A stretch of 64,000 nt of DNA from Macrostomum lignano. Taxonomy: Eukaryota. The notes beneath the pieces were generated by a model that saw nothing but the letters and a program-made list of their open reading frames with translations, was not told where the DNA came from and did not search any database. Numbering within the stretch: the first letter of the stretch is position 1; every line of letters begins with the position of its first letter. The DNA is taken from the NCBI GenBank assembly GCA_002269645.1, contig NIVC01003943.1, forward strand, positions 4,492-68,491. Direction: 5' to 3'. Positions 49,430-61,740 of this stretch are shown piece by piece. The position numbers and the translations under genes were made by a program.

Positions 49430-50700
49430 TCCCGAGACGGACCAGCCGGCTTCGTCTCGCGCTCCGTACGAGCAGGGAGACTCAGCCCCAGTCCTGCTGC
49501 TTGCCAACCCGCTGTCGCACAAACGCGCAGGCAGTAGGCCGGCAACCAGGGTCGCAGCGAACGCACAGGCCCTGGTGACGATGTCCTACTGGCACTAGAC
49601 CCCCTAATAGCAGAAGCAGGACGATACTTACGGTGGCACAGGTTGCTCAACTTGGTGCTCTAGGCGTCTCTGTGTAACTACGATGTGTAACTGTGTAACT
49701 CTGTCTCTGGCAACCTGCTCGGTGTTGGATCTGCCCGGGCGGAAGCCGCTTTGGAGGCTCAGCAGCAGCGGGTTGAGGCCAGGCAAGAGGCAGTTGCGCA
49801 GAGTTGTGTTCAGCAGCTTAAGCGTTGTGCATTCTAGCGCGATGCCCCGCTGGTTGTCCATTGGAGATGCACCATTGCTGAGGAACTGAAGCGGAATCGT
49901 TGCCTCTAAAGCTGCAGTGCTGGTTCAGCAAACTGGTGATGATTGGGGCAATGGCGAGTTGAAGGCACCAGCAACAATCATGACAGAGTCACGAGCAGGG
50001 ATGGAATCAAGCATGCAGCCCAGAGTGTTGTAAAGGATCTTCGCAGGTCCGGGGGCCGTTGGAGCATAGGCTCTGCGACGAGGGCGCCCGTGCTGGGCTG
50101 CTGGTGAATGCTCAAATGACGGAGGCGCTGCGCGGAGGCACGAATACCGCCCCAACTCTCACGCTCCCTATAGGAGACCGCATCGCGGTGTGCGAGGACT
50201 CCTGGTGATGAACCGCCCCGAAGCGATTGTCTCCGACAGGAGGAACCAGAGGAACCACCTGAAGGTGCGCCTGTTCCGCGCGGCCGTCGAGGCGATCCTC
50301 CTGTACGGCATGGAGGCTGTGCCGCTGACCGAGACGCGAGAGCGAGCCCTGGACGCGCTCTACCGATCGCTGCTGCGCTACGCGCTCTACCGATCGCTGC
50401 TGCGCTACGCGCTGGGCGTGCACTACCCAGAGCGCCTGTCGACCAACACTCTGATGTCCCGCGCTGGAACTCCGCCCCTGAGCGCTACCCTGCGCCGGCG
50501 CCGTCAGATGCTTCTGGGCCACTGCCTACGGACTCTGGGTCGCGGTGCACCCGTTTCTTTGGCCCTGCTGCACCGGCCGACCGAGCAGTTGCGCCGCGGC
50601 CAGGCCCGCACTGCAGCTCTGACTGACTGCCTCATCGCTGACTTGCAGGCGCTTGAGCTGAGCCCCTCAGGCTGCTGCTGCCTGCCCCTTCCGCCTGTTC
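49430..50700. mobile_element. Decayed RTE-clade LINE with an inverted 5' part
   Basis: Minus strand: EN remnant (VMIVAGAFNSP) and RT start (NQRGIALECTTLKL...QSGFRPGRSNTEQV). Plus strand: RTE C-terminus (LKVRLFRAAVEAILLYGMEA...RRRRQMLLGHCLR). Confidence 0.8.
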
Positions 50701-50809
50701 TGCAAGCGCGTGCCCGCAAGGGGCCTCCCCTCTGCGTCCTAATATCAATATTTATATATACGCTCGTATTTCAATATTTTATTGAACAGGTAACAGCGGA
50801 TGGGGTCCC

Positions 50810-51022
50810 AGCTGCAGCAGGGGCGCCAGTTACAGCGTGGGCGCCAGCTACAGCGGGGGCGCCAGTTACAGCGTGGGTGCCAGCTACAGCGGGGCGCCTT
50901 CTACAGCGGGGCGCCTTCTACAGCGGGGCGCCAGCTACAGCGGGGCGCCAGCTACAGCGGGGTGCCAGCTACAGCGGATGGGGGTGCCAGTTACAGTGGG
51001 GGGCGCCAGCTACAGCGGGGGA
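50810..51022. repeat. ~18-20-bp minisatellite
   Basis: ggcgccagctacagcggg units. Confidence 0.9.
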
Positions 51023-52043
51023 GCCACCCTCCGCTTGTGCAACCTCTAATCCAGAGGTAATCAGTCTAGAGAGCGGAATTAATTAAAATTTTGCCTAAGT
51101 CATTGCAATACAAGACGATCACTCGTAGACGGTTTTTTCCCGACAACTGAATATAATTTTATTTGCCACAAGGAATTAATTTAAATGGAATGAAATAGTT
51201 GCACTATACTACCTTCAAATACAAAGTAGATCCATTTCTTGTTTCTGGAGCTGAAGCCTTACAAATAATTTAGTTTATACAATCAGAGCTGTAAAATTAT
51301 TTTTTATTGACAAAAAAGTTTCTTGAACACTAGTTTTGATTAATTATATTACACATGTTGTTTTGGCATTTCTATGTCATTCGTTCATTCATTTCAGTTT
51401 TAGTCTACCCAAGGGAATTCCCTTTTTAGACCCATGCCACGCAAGCAGCTCGCTATCGTCCAATGAGATGAGAGGAATCATTCCATTCCTCAAGGTCACA
51501 GTGAACTTGGCGTCAAATCCCTATTATACTGAGGTTCGTGTGGACTGTGGAGAGTTTTGAATGTGAACTGCAGAGCAGACACGTTTGCTTTTCCACTTAA
51601 TTCTTACAAAACGACAACAGGAATCAGGATATTAATTATTAGAACACTATACAGAAATGGGTTATAAGAAATATAGTCCATTTTGCAAATCTATAAAGAT
51701 TTTGCTACTACTTTCTTTTATGTACTTTACAACAAGACTGGATGCAATTGGCATTGATCTATCCAAGCCCAAGATACCGGTTACAATGAACGAATTCGAC
51801 TATAACAGTAAGTTTTTCCGGTCGCAATTTATTATTTTTACTTCTCATTTGATCTTAAAATTTGTATTTGCATTATTGTAAGATTCATATAGTCATTTGA
51901 TTTTCATCCTTTGACTTGTTATCAAGTCAAGATAATAATTAAGGCATATTATATTGTGCAAAAGCAGCAAAACATTAACAAGTGTTACTTCAGTCTATTA
52001 TTTTCATTATTATGTAAATAATAAAAAATCGCTAAATTTTCAG

Positions 52044-52181
52044 AGCTACCAGTTTATTGCGAAGGCAGCACAAATCACTTTCCATGCAAGGCTGAAAACG
52101 GCGAAGTCTACTGTCTACCCAACTCCTTGAAATGCCGAATGAAGTGCACTAACGATGCCGACTTTAAATGTGAACACTCTG
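52044..52181 (+). CDS. Isolated phase-1/phase-1 exon encoding LDL-receptor class A-like Cys modules
   Basis: ttttcag| ... |gtgagt flanks, 138 nt; LPVYCEGSTNHFPCKAENGEVYCLPNSLKCRMKCTNDADFKCEHSG. Confidence 0.5.
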
Positions 52182-52846
52182 GTGAGTACTTTTTGAATAT
52201 TCGATTTACAAATGCTATTCAGATAGTTAGGCAATAGGCATTGTCACAACAGACTTGTTTTGTTGTTTTTGCTGAGAACTTGGGCCGAACTGGCAAACTC
52301 AAAGCGGGAAATAAAAACATTATTATCTGCTTCTTTAAGTTTGCCAATAATACTAATAGATAAAACAGTTAAGTGCACATTTTTATTAACATTGCCTTGA
52401 ATGAATGTAAGCGATACGGACGGCCTACTTTGTTAAAAAATCGCCGCGGAAGTGCAGAATGGAACGGAGTCAAGTCAGAGAGATAAGAGATCGGATAGAT
52501 AAAGTGACCAATTTATTTAACTGCCCTCCAAACTTGAGCTGAGACCCCACCTCACCGTGAACCCACCCCCTTGCGCCCGCCCTGTCTGCAATGTCAGTAC
52601 AATGAATGAATTCACTTATAATGAAACTGGGCTTGCGGCTTTCATTTAAAAGCTTAAATGATTGCGCAAAATATTCAAGGCTCAATTCAATTAACTGCAA
52701 ATGCTGAGCAAGGGCATATTGTTTAGGGAATTAGGGGGGGGGGGGCTGCGGAGCAAATTGGCGCGCGCATGTGGGGCGGCGCCTTTAATCCTTTGCTCTC
52801 TGATTCTCACTGTCGATTGCGCGCAATAAACAAAATCAATCGCCTT

Positions 52847-52870
52847 TATAAACTGCACCGGTCTCAGTCG
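52847..52870 (+). promoter_or_regulatory. Candidate TATA box and Inr for the LDLR-like gene
   Basis: TATAAA at 52847-52852 and TCAGT at 52864-52868, upstream of ATG 52920; spacing is shorter than canonical. Confidence 0.35.
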
Positions 52871-52919
52871 CCTTTGTTATAGTAGAGCAAATTCTGTCTA
52901 TCTTACTCAATCGCAAAAT

Positions 52920-55364
52920 ATGAAAGCATTGGCATCGCTGACTCTGTTAGCACTGCTGGCCTCCGTTGCAGCCACGGACTGCAAGCCCGGCCAGTTCGCC
53001 TGCAAAAAGTCCAACGCCACCGACTCGCTGATTTGCATCCCGGACGAGAGCCTGTGCGACGGCCTGGTCCACTGTCCCGACAAGGATGATGAAAACCTCG
53101 GCATGTGCAGCAAGCGCACCTGCGATTCCGCACTTCAGTTTGCCTGCAAGTCTCCCGGGCACTGCATCCCAATCGGCCGCAAGTGCGACGGCTCATTCGA
53201 CTGCAAACGCCCCGGCCTTGACGATAAGTCCGACGAGCAGAACTGTCACGCTACCAACAAGCAGCTGATGCTGACGCAGACCGCCTGCGGCACTGGGCAG
53301 TTTGCCTGCCACAGTGGCGATCACTGCATCAGCAAGGAGTTCCACTGCGACGGTTTCAAAGACTGCCTCGACGGGTCTGACGAATTCAACTGCAAAATCG
53401 GATGCACCAAGAACGAATTCGAGTGCGACGGCCGCTGCGTTGATAAGAAGCTGATTTGCGACGGCAAGCTGGACTGCGAAGATCATTCGGACGAATCCTC
53501 GTGCAAGTACAGCGAGTGCACGTTCTCTTCGGAGTTCAAGTGCCGCAACAGCAACAAGTGCGTCTCCAAGAGCTTCCTGTGCGACACCAACAACGACTGC
53601 GACACTGGCGACGACGAGGTGTGCCCGGCCGGCCACCAAGTGTGCAAGGACCCCAACTATTGGACCTGCCTGTCCGGCAAATACTGCGTGCCCTTAGCCA
53701 ACCGGTGCGACTCTCTGGTCCACTGTCCTGACGGCAGCGACGAGATGGACTGTCCGACCGTCGTGCCTCCGCCTGGCAAGACCGTGTGCGCTCCCGGCTA
53801 CCACCTGTGCAACGGAACCCGGACCTGCGTCGACACCATGGCTGCCTGCGCCGGCAACGCCCGCTGCCCGCAGCCGGACTCTGAGCTGCACGAAATCTGC
53901 CGCAACCATCACAACGCCCAGAGTCCCTGTCACAGCAACAACGGCGGCTGCGAACAGCTGTGCGAGCCCTTCCTGATCAATAACAAAGTGATGCCACGCT
54001 GCTACTGCCATTCCGGCTACCAGAGCTCGCCTGACCAGCCTCACCGCTGCATCGACATCAACGAGTGCGAGGAGTTCGGCTTATGCGACCAGCTGTGCAC
54101 CAACACGATTGGCAGCTACAAGTGCTCATGCCGGCCTGGATACACCTTGTTCGGCTCCACCTGCAAGGCGCACGGCTCAGTCAAGCTGCTGTACAGCACC
54201 GATTCGCACATCGAGTACATGGATTTCGATTCCCATCAGCGAATTAAAGTACACAACGAATATTACGTGAAGTACCTGTCATACGACTACGCCAACAAGC
54301 GCATTTTCTATCACGACCGAGCGGGCAACGTTGGCTCTGTGGGGATTGGCGGCTCCGACGAGCGGATCATCCTCAACTACACAGTCATCGACGCCATCGC
54401 CTACGACTGGACCCGCGGCCTGCTGTTTTACACTCGCCCTAAAAACATATTCGTTGACAATGACAGCGGCTACATCGGCGTTATCAACGTCACCTCCGGC
54501 CGGCAGGCCGTCGTTCGTGTACTCGACTGTCCCAGAGGCCTGGTCCTTGATCCCGAGCTGTTCACCGTCTACTTCACCATGTGGTGCGGCCAACAGCCGG
54601 GCATCTACAGCATGCGCATGGACGGCAGCGAGTTCCGCCTGCTGTTCAATCCCAGCACGCTACCTGGCTACTTGGCCATCGACACGGCGCAGAGTCCCGC
54701 CCGGCTGTACTGGACCGACGTGCGTCACAACGGTATCTACAGCGCCAACGTCAAAGGCCGCGATATGCGCGTCCACTTGCGCACCGGCAAGTACCACGAC
54801 CTGGCGGTCTTCGAGGACAAGCTGTACATGACGCATTTGCACGAGGGCCGGCTGTACCAAACCAACAAGTTTGTTCCGGAATCGCCAATAGAGATGCTGA
54901 ACATCTCCTCGAACTCCATGCTAGCCGTGAGCGTTTATCACTCGCTGATGCAGCCTCGGCCTCGCGGCCAGCTGCCGCAGTGTGATTGTCAGCACATCTG
55001 CCTGGCGCCGCCGTCTGGAAAAGCTACCTGCCTGTGCGACATCAACTACCGAGCTGAGTCCAATGGCAACTCAACAAATTGCGTTGCCAAGCCCGGTCGT
55101 GGCCGTCTGTCCGGCCCTCTGACGCCGTCTCTGGAGCAGCTGGGCAGCGCGGACGCCGACAGGGAGGCGGACAACCAGCAGCCGGCAGAGGCTCGCGTCG
55201 GCTCCATCGCCGGCATCGTCATTGGCGCCCTCTGCGTCTGCCTAATCCTCGGCGTGGCCCTGGCCATGTACTGCCTGCGCGTCCAGGACAGACAGTCCAT
55301 CAGCCTGGTCGGCGAGCCTGGCGGCGGCATGCCGAAAGTGAGCTCGGTGAGCGCAATTTCTTAG
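52920..55364 (+). CDS. LDL-receptor family type I membrane protein (LDLR/LpR-like)
   Basis: Signal peptide, 7 LDLa repeats (last degenerate), EGF + cbEGF (DINECEE), YWTD propeller (YDWT, LYWTD), EGF, TM VGSIAGIVIGALCVCLILGVALAMYCL. Confidence 0.93.
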   Translation: MKALASLTLLALLASVAATDCKPGQFACKKSNATDSLICIPDESLCDGLVHCPDKDDENLGMCSKRTCDSALQFACKSPGHCIPIGRKCDGSFDCKRPGLDDKSDEQNCHATNKQLMLTQTACGTGQFACHSGDHCISKEFHCDGFKDCLDGSDEFNCKIGCTKNEFECDGRCVDKKLICDGKLDCEDHSDESSCKYSECTFSSEFKCRNSNKCVSKSFLCDTNNDCDTGDDEVCPAGHQVCKDPNYWTCLSGKYCVPLANRCDSLVHCPDGSDEMDCPTVVPPPGKTVCAPGYHLCNGTRTCVDTMAACAGNARCPQPDSELHEICRNHHNAQSPCHSNNGGCEQLCEPFLINNKVMPRCYCHSGYQSSPDQPHRCIDINECEEFGLCDQLCTNTIGSYKCSCRPGYTLFGSTCKAHGSVKLLYSTDSHIEYMDFDSHQRIKVHNEYYVKYLSYDYANKRIFYHDRAGNVGSVGIGGSDERIILNYTVIDAIAYDWTRGLLFYTRPKNIFVDNDSGYIGVINVTSGRQAVVRVLDCPRGLVLDPELFTVYFTMWCGQQPGIYSMRMDGSEFRLLFNPSTLPGYLAIDTAQSPARLYWTDVRHNGIYSANVKGRDMRVHLRTGKYHDLAVFEDKLYMTHLHEGRLYQTNKFVPESPIEMLNISSNSMLAVSVYHSLMQPRPRGQLPQCDCQHICLAPPSGKATCLCDINYRAESNGNSTNCVAKPGRGRLSGPLTPSLEQLGSADADREADNQQPAEARVGSIAGIVIGALCVCLILGVALAMYCLRVQDRQSISLVGEPGGGMPKVSSVSAIS

Positions 55365-56964
55365 TTGCTCTTTATTTTACTTATTAGATGACGAGGCATT
55401 GTCTTTAATCTTAAATTTCATAGTTGCTCTCGCCGTTTACCATTTTCTAGTTATTTAGCCTATAGCATCTTATTCAACTGACTGCTGACTAATGAATGAC
55501 AGCTAGTGCTAAAGTGCATTTTAAGACGGGCAAAACAAGTGACGCTCAAACTCGCCCAGAGGGGTGCTCGCTTTTATTGTTCCACTTGTCAGTCTTTCAT
55601 TTTTTCAAAACGGCCGCGTTCATTCTTAACATGCAGCAGAACTCTTGTACGAGTTGGAGTGGGAATGACTGTGCAAAAGCTCTCTTAGTTTATTAGCATC
55701 AGCCAAGCCAGCCAGTTTGCTAAAGGCGCGGTCGTCGCGCCTCACGCCACCGCCCGCCACGCGTCTTGGAGAGAGCGGTGGAGAGAGCCAGCCAAGCCTA
55801 ACATTCAGCTGAACTGAACTGGGCCAGTGCGCGTGGGTGGGGCGGGAGTACCGGAGTTCGCGAAACGCCCGCTCCGCTTGCCGGCCAGACAGTGTGGTCC
55901 CACCAGAGTGCGCAAGCAGTGTACTTAGGCTGGGGCGGGGTGTGTCACGTGAACGGCCTTGAGTCTCGCCACTGGGGGGCCGCGCCCCAGTCTCCTCGAT
56001 ACTTACTGCAATACTGCTTGAAGCCTTCATTGGGTGTGGCCGTCTGCCGGCCTTGGCTGCCCTCTTTGTCCGCCGTGTTTTCTGCCTCTGTCCTCCTCTT
56101 ATGCAGACTGGCTGACTGACAGCCGCTTGCTGGGTCATGTGATGCGGAGTTTCTGTTTTTTTCCTAACTAAGAGTGCACCTGCCGTTGCATTGCAGAAAA
56201 CTCCGCTGACCGAGTGCGAGATTAACGTCGAGTAAGGCTCCAACCCGATTGGCAACAGTCGCGACCGGTTATGACTGCTTTAAGAGGCTCGCAACTGAAG
56301 GCGCTGGATGGCCGAGTTATCCCGATGTGTTTTCTGTAGTGACTTTAGTACGAACCTCGCTTGCGAGGCCAGCTCAGTAGTTAGTGTTGTCGCGCCCTTT
56401 CCGCCACCTGTTTTTGCCATTTTTGCTCCTATTATTTTTGAGCGAACTGATTGACATGCAGCAAACAATTCTGCACCTGTGCGGCACTAATCAATCAATC
56501 CAATAGGCATGTAGCGTCTTATCTACCTTTCTAGGCTTTCTATTGTTTTCCAATCTAAATATTCCGGAGAATTCCGGGAATTCTTTGCTGTTGTGAAGTG
56601 CACCTGTATAATATTTTACCTGAGTTTGGTAAAATACCTCAGTTTTTTCCTTTTGTTCGATTTAGCAATTGCAACTTTTGTTTTTGCCATTTCTTTAATT
56701 AAATACAAAATATGATGAATCGGTTTTCGTTTAATATATTGTTTTTGCTTGTTAGATTTCGCACTGTTCGAATTTGCAGAACTATAATTTCCTATTCATC
56801 TCCCTTATTTGTTTCGAATTGGAGCATCGAATTCAAATCTCAAATTTGCGTAGAGTAACTATAAAGATAAACATTTTGAATTGAAACCTGTTATTGAAAT
56901 ATAGAAAACTACATGTACTGTCTGTGATCGGAGGCTCGAAGACTTTCAAGCACAAAATCCTCTG

Positions 56965-59050
56965 CTGTCATCTATCAATCACAGATAATCATGTAACAAT
57001 CACGAGAGGATCGTCTATCAACCACACAGAAAATCTTCTATCAACCACACAGAATCATCTATCAATCACAGAATTATCTATCAATCACAGAGAATCATCT
57101 AGCAACCACAGAGAATCATCTATCAATCACAGAGAATCATCTATCAATCACAGAGAATCATCTATCAATCACAGAGAATCATCTATCAACCACAGAATCA
57201 TCTATCAATCACAGAATATCTATCAAGTACAGAGAATCATCTAGCAACCACACAGAATCATCTATCAATCACAGAATATCTATCAATCACAGAATATCTA
57301 TCAATCACAGAGAATCATCTATCAACCACACAGAAACATCTATCAACCACACAGAATCATCTATCAACCACAGAATCATCTATCAATCACAGAAAATCTA
57401 TCAATCACAGAGAATCATCTAGCAACCACACAGAATCATCTATCAATCACAGAATATCTATCAATCACAGAATATCTATCAAGCACAGAGAATCATCTAG
57501 CAACCACACAGAATCATCTATCAATCACAGAGAATCATCTATCAATCACAGAGAATCATCTATCAACCACACAGAATCATCTATCAACCACACAGAATCA
57601 TCTATCAACCACAGAATCATCTATCAATCACAGAATATCTATCAAGCACAGAGAATCATCTAGCAACCACACAGAATCATCTATCAATCACAGAGAATCA
57701 TCTATCAATCACAGAGAATCATCTATCAATCACAGAGAATCATCTATCAACCACACAGAATCATCTATCAATCACAGAATTATCTATCAATCACAGAGAA
57801 TCATCTAGCAACCACACAGAATCATCTATCAACCACAGAGAATCATCTATCAATCACAGAGAATCATCTATCAACCACACAGAATCATCTATCAACCACA
57901 CAGAATCATCTATCAACCACAGAATCATCTATCAATCACAGAATATCTATCAAGCACACAGAATCATCTATCAATCACAGAGAATCATCTATCAATCACA
58001 CAGAATCATCTATCAAGCACACAGAATCATCTATCAATCACAGAGAATCATCTATCAAGCACACAGAATCATCTATCAATCACACAGAATCATCTATCAA
58101 GCACACAGAATCATCTATCAATCACAGAATATCTATCAAGCACACAGAATCATCTATCAATCACAGAATATCTATCAAGCACACAGAATCATCTATCAAT
58201 CACAGAGAATCATCTATCAATCACAGAGAATCATCTATCAACCACACAGAATCATCTATCAACCACACAGAATCATCTATCAACCACAGAATCATCTATC
58301 AATCACAGAATATCTATCAAGCACAGAGAATCATCTGTCAAGCACACAGAGAATCATGTGTCAATCGCAGAGTATCATCTATCAATCACAGAGAATCATC
58401 TATCAATCACAGAGAATCATCTATCAATCACAGAGAATCATCTATCAATCACAGAGAATCATCTATCAATCACAGAGAATCATCTAGCAACCACACAGAA
58501 TCATCTATCAACCACACAGAATCATCTATCAACCACAGAATCATCTATCAATCACAGAATATCTATCAAGCACAGAGAATCATCTAGCAACCACACAGAA
58601 TCATCTATCAATCACAGAGAATCATCTATCAATCACAGAGAATCATCTATTAATCACAGAAAATCATCTGTCAAGCACAGAGAATCATGTGTCAATCGCA
58701 GAGTATCATCTATCAATCACAGAGAATCATCTATCAATCACAGAGAATAATCTATCAATCACAGAGAATCATCTATCAATCACAGAGAATTATCTGTCAA
58801 CCACACGGACAATAATTTGTCAACCACACAGAGAATCATCTATCAATCACAGAATCGCACCACAGAGAATCACAGAAAATCACAGAGAATCATCTATCAA
58901 TCACAGAATCGCACCACAGAGAATCACAGAAAATCACAGAGAATCATCTATCAATCACAGAGAATCATCTATTAACAACTGAGAATCATCTGTCAATCAC
59001 AGAGTCATCCATCAATCACAGAGAATCATCTATCAATCACAGAGAATCAT
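56965..59050. repeat. ~21-bp satellite, ~2.1 kb
   Basis: Unit agagaatcatctatcaatcac with 17-21-bp variants. Confidence 0.96.
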
Positions 59051-60468
59051 CCGTCAATCGCAAAAGAGAATCACAATGCTTTAATTCGGTCATTTCGGCC
59101 TAGTGAAAACAAAAAGCAACCAAAAATAAATTTATATTTATATATTATTTGCGCACAATTTAAAAATGGGGATGCAAGGCGGATAAAAATGTCGAAATAT
59201 CGACTTGCCCATGAATTGTGAATAAATTAGCAGCAAAAACTGCTTTCCTTATACTCAGATTATACAGATCCATGGCTTCTGCAAAAAAGGGACGTTATAG
59301 ATGGATAGAAACTTCAGATAAAAGTGAAGAGTTCGCTTTAGCACACTAGAGAGAGAGAGGGGGGAAAGGAGAGAGAAAGAGAAGAGAGAGCTGAGAGAGA
59401 ATTAGGTCTAGTATCTAAACGCTCGAACTCCCACTTCCAGACTTTAAGCCTGGGAACAGAATAAAGTGTTTACTTACGGCGGTGGGCTCCTCTTCTGTGT
59501 CGGGCAGGTTCTCCGATCTCGTTCCTTGTATCTTCTTTGTTGTGCACGTTTGTTGAGTTCGCTTCTTCAAATCTTCTTCTCTCCGGAGGAATCTTCTTGA
59601 AGTCTAGAATCGGCCGAATGAGAGCGTGACAATCAGATCAGGCGACGTCGCAGTATTTCTCGAATGCAAAAATCAATATAGGCCTTAAGCTCAGTAATCA
59701 ATATCAACGATGCGCCCTTATAACACAATCAACTTTCTGTAATAATCACGAGGTCCTCCAAGAAGGGCGTCTTCTTCTAGCAATAACGGAATCGGAGTCG
59801 TGTACTCCTATCGGTTAATCTAGGATAACCAAATCAATCACTCGATAATCCTCTAAGGGTATCGGAATCGGTCCGCAGATCCTATCCAATCCCTTAGGAA
59901 AAGGGGAGGCCTCAAATTCAATGAACTCAGTTAAATCAACGGATCAATAACGGCCGGCAATAAAATCGCTCTCAAAATCAATTCAATAACAAAGGCTCGA
60001 ACAAGAGCTTACCAATTGGTTTACTTCTTCCTCAGAGATGTAGCCTCGAGTAGCTTCTGCAGTAAGCCCAAGATGTTTTGAGGCTACTCCGAGTCTGAGA
60101 TTTTTAGCTCGGATTTTGGCTTGTATTTATAGAAAAACTTCTTGAAAAACAGATTATTTTTAGTAGGTGACAGTATAGCTTTTTGGAAATTTGACCCCTA
60201 TAGAATACATTAGGTTTGAACCTCAATACCATATTCAGAGTTCTAAATTTAAATGTTGCAAAAGATGGTCATTTGTTGCTTTCGTGGTCTTAAAAATAGA
60301 GTGTGACAATTTGCAGTTTTTAGCTTTTGAGTTTTCACGTTTTTACGTTACTACTTATAGTAACTTACTTTGTACCGTATTTGGAGATCTCTACAAAAGT
60401 ACTCATGGATCCTAACTAGCTTTTAAAAGTAAAACGCTTCACTAATTAAGACACGAATAGGGGTCGCC

Positions 60469-60708
60469 ATCACAAACCCGAAATATCATAATTCCACTGT
60501 CTCCACAAAGCAAAACAGTGTTGGACATTGCTAGAAATTTCGGAGTTATGATATTTTGGGTTTGTGATTTTTCGGGTTTATGATGTGCGTTGCTATCAAT
60601 TCGGAGTTGTGATTTTTCGGGTTTATGATATTTCGGGTTTGTGATATTTCAGGTTTATGATATTTCGGGTTTATGATATTTCGGGTTTATGATATTTCGG
60701 GTTTGTGA
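60469..60708. repeat. 27-bp inverted repeat followed by a 16-bp tandem array of the same motif
   Basis: atcacaaacccgaaatatcataattcc (60469) pairs with ggagttatgatattttgggtttgtgat (60542); then (gatatttcgggtttat)n. Confidence 0.85.
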
Positions 60709-61740
60709 AGCCCCCAGCCCCCCCCCCCCACGAAGAGGAGCGAATCAATTTCACAAATCACATGTTAGTTGCGATTGTTTTAGAGTTCAAACCATGCGCA
60801 ATACAGTTTACTTATAGTAGAGTAATCGATAGAACTCTTTCAGTTTCCTTGTTTTCATTCGCTTATTTTAAGAAAAATTAAACTCACCTCACCAGCATAG
60901 ATTCCCTGAGAATTTTCACAGAGAAAAACATACAGGGTTCGGTCTGTTATGATGAGGCTCGTATTGCAAAACATGGTATTATTTTACATTGCAAACATTC
61001 TACATTTTCACATTAGATTGATAAACTGCTATGTATCACTCACAGATCAATTTTCAGAATTAAATTTGCTGATTAAAACTTAGCTATCTCGGAATATCTC
61101 CTAATGATTAATTTGCTGATAATTATCTTTTCGTTACCACTAATTGTGGCTTGAGAGTCCAGCATTTTTTCGCTCGTATAGTAATTTATACATTTTATTT
61201 TTATTCCTATTTATTCGAATTCGACAAACTAATCGAATGGAAGCAATGAATAGATTGCCTTTTTGCAAAAAAGGAAGTCATTGAAGTCCTGGTTCTAATT
61301 CTGCGGACACAGCCCATGACATGACCCAATAAAGTAAATTCGAATACGGATTTAATTCGTGCCAAACAAGTTTAGGCTTGGAATTTCCGTTTAGCGCTGT
61401 CGTTTTTCGTTCACTTTATTGCTTGCTTCTGCCTGTTTCTCTTACTCTGCCGTCTGGCGCCTCTGCGGCATGTAAAATTGTAAATAAAAATATCAGTCAG
61501 GCATTATTTTTCAGTTTATTTTAATCGGGGCTTGAACTCTATGTGAATATATCATATAAAATTTCTTATCTTTAAAAATAAGACAAAAAACTATAGCCTA
61601 AACTTAAAGCATTGACCAAAGGCTCAATAAAACATTTTTCTTCTTACTGAGACGGCGGCGCGAGAAGCCCTATTGGTTTGGACCGGGCCGGGCCGGGGGA
61701 CCAAAAAGCCCTTTCTCTGCGCTGGCTACCTAATAGCATG

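Noticed and set aside
52903-55387. Many overlapping alternative-frame and antisense ORFs
   Set aside because: Shadows of the GC-rich LDLR-like coding sequence.
55626-56255. 209-aa minus-strand ORF
   Set aside because: Low-complexity with no motif; overlaps the probable 3' region of the LDLR-like gene.
56894-58982. HRESSIN/ITENHLS-repeat ORFs
   Set aside because: Translation of the 21-bp satellite.
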